A stretch of 63,928 nt of DNA, filler included, from Aduncisulcus paluster (taxonomy: Eukaryota): NCBI GenBank assembly GCA_024181965.1. It is 6 parts of 6 records of this genome, joined end to end, with 100 filler letters (N's around TTAATTAATTAA, not from the genome) between each part and the next. Parts side by side here need not be neighbours in the genome. Positions count along the whole stretch, not along the records: positions 60,313 to 62,357 come from BQXS01012498.1; positions 62,458 to 63,928 come from BQXS01012613.1; 4 more parts are not named here. One strand, 5' to 3'. How positions within the stretch are numbered: the stretch's first letter is position 1; each line of letters begins with the position of its first letter. Below are positions 60,315 through 63,928 of the stretch, piece by piece. The translations under genes and the position numbers were made by a program. The notes below the pieces were generated by a model that worked only from the letters and a program-made list of their open reading frames with translations, had not been told where the DNA came from and did no database searches.

Positions 60315-61925
60315 TCTGGTCGTCATGTTGGTAGTGCTCGGATTCAGTACGATAGGGAAGGGAATATGTTACCTGCTCGACCACACACAACTCAACTTCC
60401 TGGACGTCGGCCATTAAACCGTAATATATCATCATTCACATCTCTTTCTCAACAACAACTCCAGCAACACCAGCAACTCCAGCAACACCAGCAACACCCA
60501 CAAACATCTACACTCAAGGAAGTGCCTGGAGTCCATTACCATCCCTTGACAGGCCGTCCTCTTCTCTCAGCTTCCTCTGGACGTCCACTATCACACTCAT
60601 ATCTCCCTGAACCATGTTACTTTTCACAGCCCATGCAGAGTAGTGTTCATCCAATTAATGCTGAACAAGAAGCATTCTCAAAACTGAGTAGACTCGACCA
60701 ATTGAAGTATTTAGCAAAGAAAAGGAAAGAACTGACGGTCAAAGGTCTCCATGATGATGTAGTTAAAGATAAGGATAAGTTCCATGAGCAATATCCTGTT
60801 CGACAATCTGGTAAATCTTTCACTGGAGCTGAAGTTCCCCTCTCCCCTTCTCTTCCTCAACCGCCCTCATCACCATTCCTTCCATCGAATTCCACCCTTG
60901 GACATCCACCAATGTTACCATCTTCCTCTTCCTCTTCCTCTTCCATGATACATAATGAATCTCAAATTATCATACCTGAAGAACATGAAATAAGAGAGTC
61001 ACTGTCATCTTCAGTGCATTCACCTAATAGTCACCACGGTGGTGGAATAGTTGTTGTGCCCCAGGGGTCTGGTCCTCAGAACATTCATTATACCTCTGCA
61101 AGGAAACCCAGGAACAAAGCAGAGGAAGAAAGAGCAGAGGAAGGCAGAGCAGAGGAAGGCAGAGCAGAGGAAGGCAGAGCAGAGGAAGAAAGAGTCCCAC
61201 ACCATATGATCCGATCAGTACAATCTGTCAGTCCAACATTTGGCAACCATCATGGAGATGGTACTATCGTTCATGATGCACCACAACATGACTCCACAAT
61301 TCCAATGGTACAGACAATACAGTTACAGACATCAGATTCAACATCATCTTTGCAATATATGGATATGAAGGGATCTGAACAAGATATTGTTGCTCAAATT
61401 CAGAAGGAAGTGCTCAGGAAGAAACGAAATCCCCAAGCCATGTCATATCTTTCTTCACATGCTCATTCCTTAACTCGACTCTCCCCACAACTATCACATA
61501 TGTCGCATCTGTCGCGATCTTCTCTACTATCCCGTCATGAGCACCGTTCATTTGAAGATGTTAGGATACCTCATGGAGTTGTCGGGGAACACTCGAACAT
61601 TCCATCGAGAGGATCAATCCACAGTGTATCCGTTCCCTCTGCATCAACATCTCCTCTTCCAGGTCAGAATCCTAGAGCTAAAGCTCCTAGAGCTAGAGAT
61701 AGAGCTAGAGCAAAGTCAGCTGGAGCTTATTCAAAAGGTTCTAATGGGAGACAACTTGATTTCAGGCAAACTTTCAAAGATGAGCTTATGGAAAGGAAAG
61801 CTGAACGTATATCCAAGCTAACACAACGATATACAGGAAGAAAATCGTCTTCTTCAAAACCAACCCCGGGTCTTATGCAGTATCACTCTCATCTCCATGA
61901 ATCTGATGACGTTATCATTGGTTAG
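60315..61925 (+). CDS. Hypothetical low-complexity Ser/Pro/Gln/His-rich protein, probably 5' truncated
   Basis: Frame is open from the contig start. More than 519 aa, with a poly-Q tract and RAEEG repeats. Confidence 0.75.
   Translation, partial: SGRHVGSARIQYDREGNMLPARPHTTQLPGRRPLNRNISSFTSLSQQQLQQHQQLQQHQQHPQTSTLKEVPGVHYHPLTGRPLLSASSGRPLSHSYLPEPCYFSQPMQSSVHPINAEQEAFSKLSRLDQLKYLAKKRKELTVKGLHDDVVKDKDKFHEQYPVRQSGKSFTGAEVPLSPSLPQPPSSPFLPSNSTLGHPPMLPSSSSSSSSMIHNESQIIIPEEHEIRESLSSSVHSPNSHHGGGIVVVPQGSGPQNIHYTSARKPRNKAEEERAEEGRAEEGRAEEGRAEEERVPHHMIRSVQSVSPTFGNHHGDGTIVHDAPQHDSTIPMVQTIQLQTSDSTSSLQYMDMKGSEQDIVAQIQKEVLRKKRNPQAMSYLSSHAHSLTRLSPQLSHMSHLSRSSLLSRHEHRSFEDVRIPHGVVGEHSNIPSRGSIHSVSVPSASTSPLPGQNPRAKAPRARDRARAKSAGAYSKGSNGRQLDFRQTFKDELMERKAERISKLTQRYTGRKSSSSKPTPGLMQYHSHLHESDDVIIG
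61116..61190 (+). repeat. Coding 15-bp minisatellite x5 (RAEEG/E)
   Basis: AGAGCAGAGGAAGGC-type units, in frame. Confidence 0.9.
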
Positions 61926-62357
61926 AGTGCATATAACGTTCCTTCTGTGAAAAAATACTTTAGAGAGTCTGGTTGTGTCTTCCCTACCAAGGCAATCGGG
62001 TGGGAAGACTCATTCTAGATCTTATAATGTATTACTATACTTGATTGTAACTGTTGCACTGTACAATATACTGTACTATTATTTATTTGTCACATAATAT
62101 CACGTCAATGCATTGTAGTACAATGATTGTCGTCGTCTGATGCTGATTTAACTCATTCTGAGTCTGACTCAGTATATGCCGAGTCGGTATCATTGATAAT
62201 ATATGTCAATAATTGAAATGGGTTCAATTTGAGAGTTAATAAACTGGTTTATTGTCATATTAACTTATATCATATAAGTTATATGACTTAAATAAATACA
62301 ATTTTCTCGTTTTTATATAGATATCCGAGACGTCACGTTGGTCGACGGTCGTCCCGG

Positions 62358-62457
62358 NNNNNNNNNNNNNNNNNNNNNNNNNNNNNNNNNNNNNNNNNNN
62401 NTTAATTAATTAANNNNNNNNNNNNNNNNNNNNNNNNNNNNNNNNNNNNNNNNNNNN
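62358..62457. other. Artificial contig linker
   Basis: N44-TTAATTAATTAA-N44. Confidence 0.98.
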
Positions 62458-62646
62458 CAAAAAAAAACACCTGCCCTAAACACTCTTTCACGACATTCAC
62501 GTCGGCTCTTTGATAATAATTTGTTTGACTTTCAGGGCTTAAAGCTGTCAGGATAATTGGTAAATTTATCTGCGGTTGTCCATTTTAAGGAAAGCAAAAA
62601 GAGTAAAAAAGAATTAAAAAGGTGTTGAAAAGTTTCATTGGCTCAG

Positions 62647-62671
62647 AGTTCAAATCCGGATGTCGCCTCCA
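62647..62671 (+). other. tRNA-Cys 3' fragment (putative att site)
   Basis: AGTTCAAATCCGGATGTCGCCTCCA matches 23 of 25 positions of the tRNA-Cys 3' end (63329-63353). No 5' half is present upstream. Confidence 0.7.
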
Positions 62672-62674
62672 CGA

Positions 62675-62749
62675 GCGGGAATAACTCAGTGGTAGAGTAC
62701 AACCTTGCCAAGGTTGGAGTCGCGAGTTCAAATCTCGTTTCCCGCTCCA
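62675..62749 (+). tRNA. tRNA-Gly(GCC)
   Basis: 75 nt GCGGGAA...TTCCCGCTCCA, anticodon arm CAACC-TTGCCAA-GGTTG, GTTCAAAT T-loop, encoded CCA. Confidence 0.97.
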
Positions 62750-62812
62750 CTAAATTTCTTGGGTGATACTACATCGTCCCTTCTTCAGGCCACTTGAAGA
62801 AAAACTTGCTGA

Positions 62813-62887
62813 GCGGGAATAACTCAGTGGTAGAGTACAACCTTGCCAAGGTTGGAGTCGCGAGTTCAAATCTCGTTTCCCGCTCCA
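62813..62887 (+). tRNA. tRNA-Gly(GCC)
   Basis: Identical to 62675-62749. Confidence 0.97.
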
Positions 62888-62948
62888 GATATTTCAGGCC
62901 TTCCTAGATCAGGAAGGCCGTTTTCTTTCCAGAATATGGAAAGACTGA

Positions 62949-63023
62949 GCGGGAATAACTCAGTGGTAGAGTACAACCTTGCCAAGGTTGGAGTCGCGAG
63001 TTCAAATCTCGTTTCCCGCTCCA
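62949..63023 (+). tRNA. tRNA-Gly(GCC)
   Basis: Identical copy. It may be an assembly duplicate, since its flanks recur after the gap. Confidence 0.85.
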
Positions 63024-63080
63024 GAATTTCAGGGTCGATCAATACGGTCGACCCTTTTTCTTTTTTACAATTAAATTTCA

Positions 63081-63109
63081 GCGGGAATAACTCAGCGGTA
63101 GAGTGCAAC
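63081..63109 (+). tRNA. Partial tRNA-Gly (5' part of the CCC variant) cut by a gap
   Basis: Identical to 63489-63517, then 20 N. Confidence 0.6.
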
Positions 63110-63193
63110 NNNNNNNNNNNNNNNNNNNNCCAGATATTTCAGGCCTTCCTAGATCAGGAAGGCCGTTTTCTTTCCAGAATATGGAAAGACTGA

Positions 63194-63268
63194 GCGGGAA
63201 TAACTCAGTGGTAGAGTACAACCTTGCCAAGGTTGGAGTCGCGAGTTCAAATCTCGTTTCCCGCTCCA
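63194..63268 (+). tRNA. tRNA-Gly(GCC)
   Basis: Identical copy with CCA. Confidence 0.93.
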
Positions 63269-63278
63269 AAATGTTTCA

Positions 63279-63285
63279 GGCGGCA

Positions 63286-63322
<37 letters not shown>

Positions 63323-63353
63323 TTCTCCAGTTCAAATCTGGATGCCGCCTCCA
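63279..63353 (+). tRNA. tRNA-Cys(GCA)
   Basis: GGCGGCA...TGCCGCC-T-CCA acceptor stem with U73; anticodon arm GAGGT-CTGCAAA-ACCTC. Confidence 0.97.
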
Positions 63354-63356
63354 TCA

Positions 63357-63431
63357 GCGGGAATAACTCAGTGGTAGAGTACAACCTTGCCAAGGTTGGA
63401 GTCGCGAGTTCAAATCTCGTTTCCCGCTCCA
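63357..63431 (+). tRNA. tRNA-Gly(GCC)
   Basis: Identical copy 3 nt after tRNA-Cys. Confidence 0.97.
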
Positions 63432-63488
63432 GAATTTCAGGGTCGATCAATACGGTCGACCCTTTTTCTTTTTTACAATTAAATTTCA

Positions 63489-63563
63489 GCGGGAATAACT
63501 CAGCGGTAGAGTGCAACCTTCCCAAGGTTGAGGTCGCGAGTTCAAATCTCGTTTCCCGCTCCA
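63489..63563 (+). tRNA. tRNA-Gly(CCC)
   Basis: Anticodon arm CAACC-TTCCCAA-GGTTG, encoded CCA. Confidence 0.96.
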
Positions 63564-63570
63564 GAATTTC

Positions 63571-63601
63571 GGGGTCGATCAATATGGTCGACCCCTTTTT
63601 T
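63571..63601 (+). terminator. Rho-independent terminator after the tRNA array
   Basis: GGGGTCGATC-AATAT-GGTCGACCCC hairpin followed by a T run. Confidence 0.85.
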
Positions 63602-63741
63602 GTGCATTTTGTGACGAATGTTGACCGTCTTCAGGTTAATGATTATTCATCTTCCTCTGTGGCTGACATTTTCAGAAAGATAAGGAAAAATTTCCTACCA
63701 CGCTAGGATGAAATAAATAGAATTCCCTCCAGGAGGTCTCC

Positions 63742-63927
63742 TTGAAAAATATAGCGTTGAAGCCGGATGCAACCTTTGATGAGTTGCTTGCAGCGGCCCG
63801 GAATAAATTCGGTGCGATCAAGTTTGAAGAAGTTAAAGTTGGTGATCGGATTTTTGAACTGGCCCAGATTGCAGATATGCCTGCGTATCTTGATAAGCTT
63901 GTGAATAAGGCCCGTGGTGGCAAGAAA
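63742..63927 (+). CDS. Bacterial CDS, N-terminal part only (runs off the window)
   Basis: AGGAGG at 63731-63736, TTG start, open frame MKNIALKPDATFDELLAAARNKFGAIKFEEVKVGDRIFELAQIADMPAYLDKLVNKARGGKK. Not in the supplied ORF track because it has no stop. Confidence 0.75.
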   Translation, partial: MKNIALKPDATFDELLAAARNKFGAIKFEEVKVGDRIFELAQIADMPAYLDKLVNKARGGKK

Positions 63928-63928
63928 A

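Noticed and set aside
62675..63563. CRISPR array or repeat-protein ORFs (62843..63706)
   Set aside because: The 75-nt repeats fold as tRNA-Gly/Cys with CCA, spacers recur, and no cas genes are present. The ORFs are translations of tRNA genes.

Overview
This window is not one contiguous locus. It is six contigs joined by 100-nt linkers (N44-TTAATTAATTAA-N44): A 1-11583, B 11684-34744, C 34845-47933, D 48034-60212, E 60313-62357, F 62458-63928. Six 20-N gaps have duplicated flanks. Contigs A-E are from an AT-rich, intron-poor eukaryote using the standard code, probably flagellated (DRC8-like and KIF12-like genes). From recall, not from a search, the gene families resemble those of the free-living fornicate Aduncisulcus paluster. 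The dominant feature is an expanded protein-kinase clade (DLG in place of DFG) with three long repeat-kinase genes, one receptor kinase and several fragments. It is fused either to 4-8 tandem ~150-175-aa beta-rich repeats with variable loops and phase-0 introns at repeat junctions, or to an LRR/EGF ectodomain plus a TM helix. Also present: a ~2365-aa protein made of ~340-aa helical repeats, a full-size ABCD(4)-like transporter, cornichon, a degenerate CRE-like non-LTR retrotransposon, and a 61-bp TGT...ACA insertion with a 4-bp target duplication. Contig F is bacterial: a CCA-encoding tRNA-Gly/Cys array preceded by an att-like tRNA-Cys 3' fragment. The best candidate for an undescribed system is the modular, recombining repeat-sensor kinase family; its function is inferred only.
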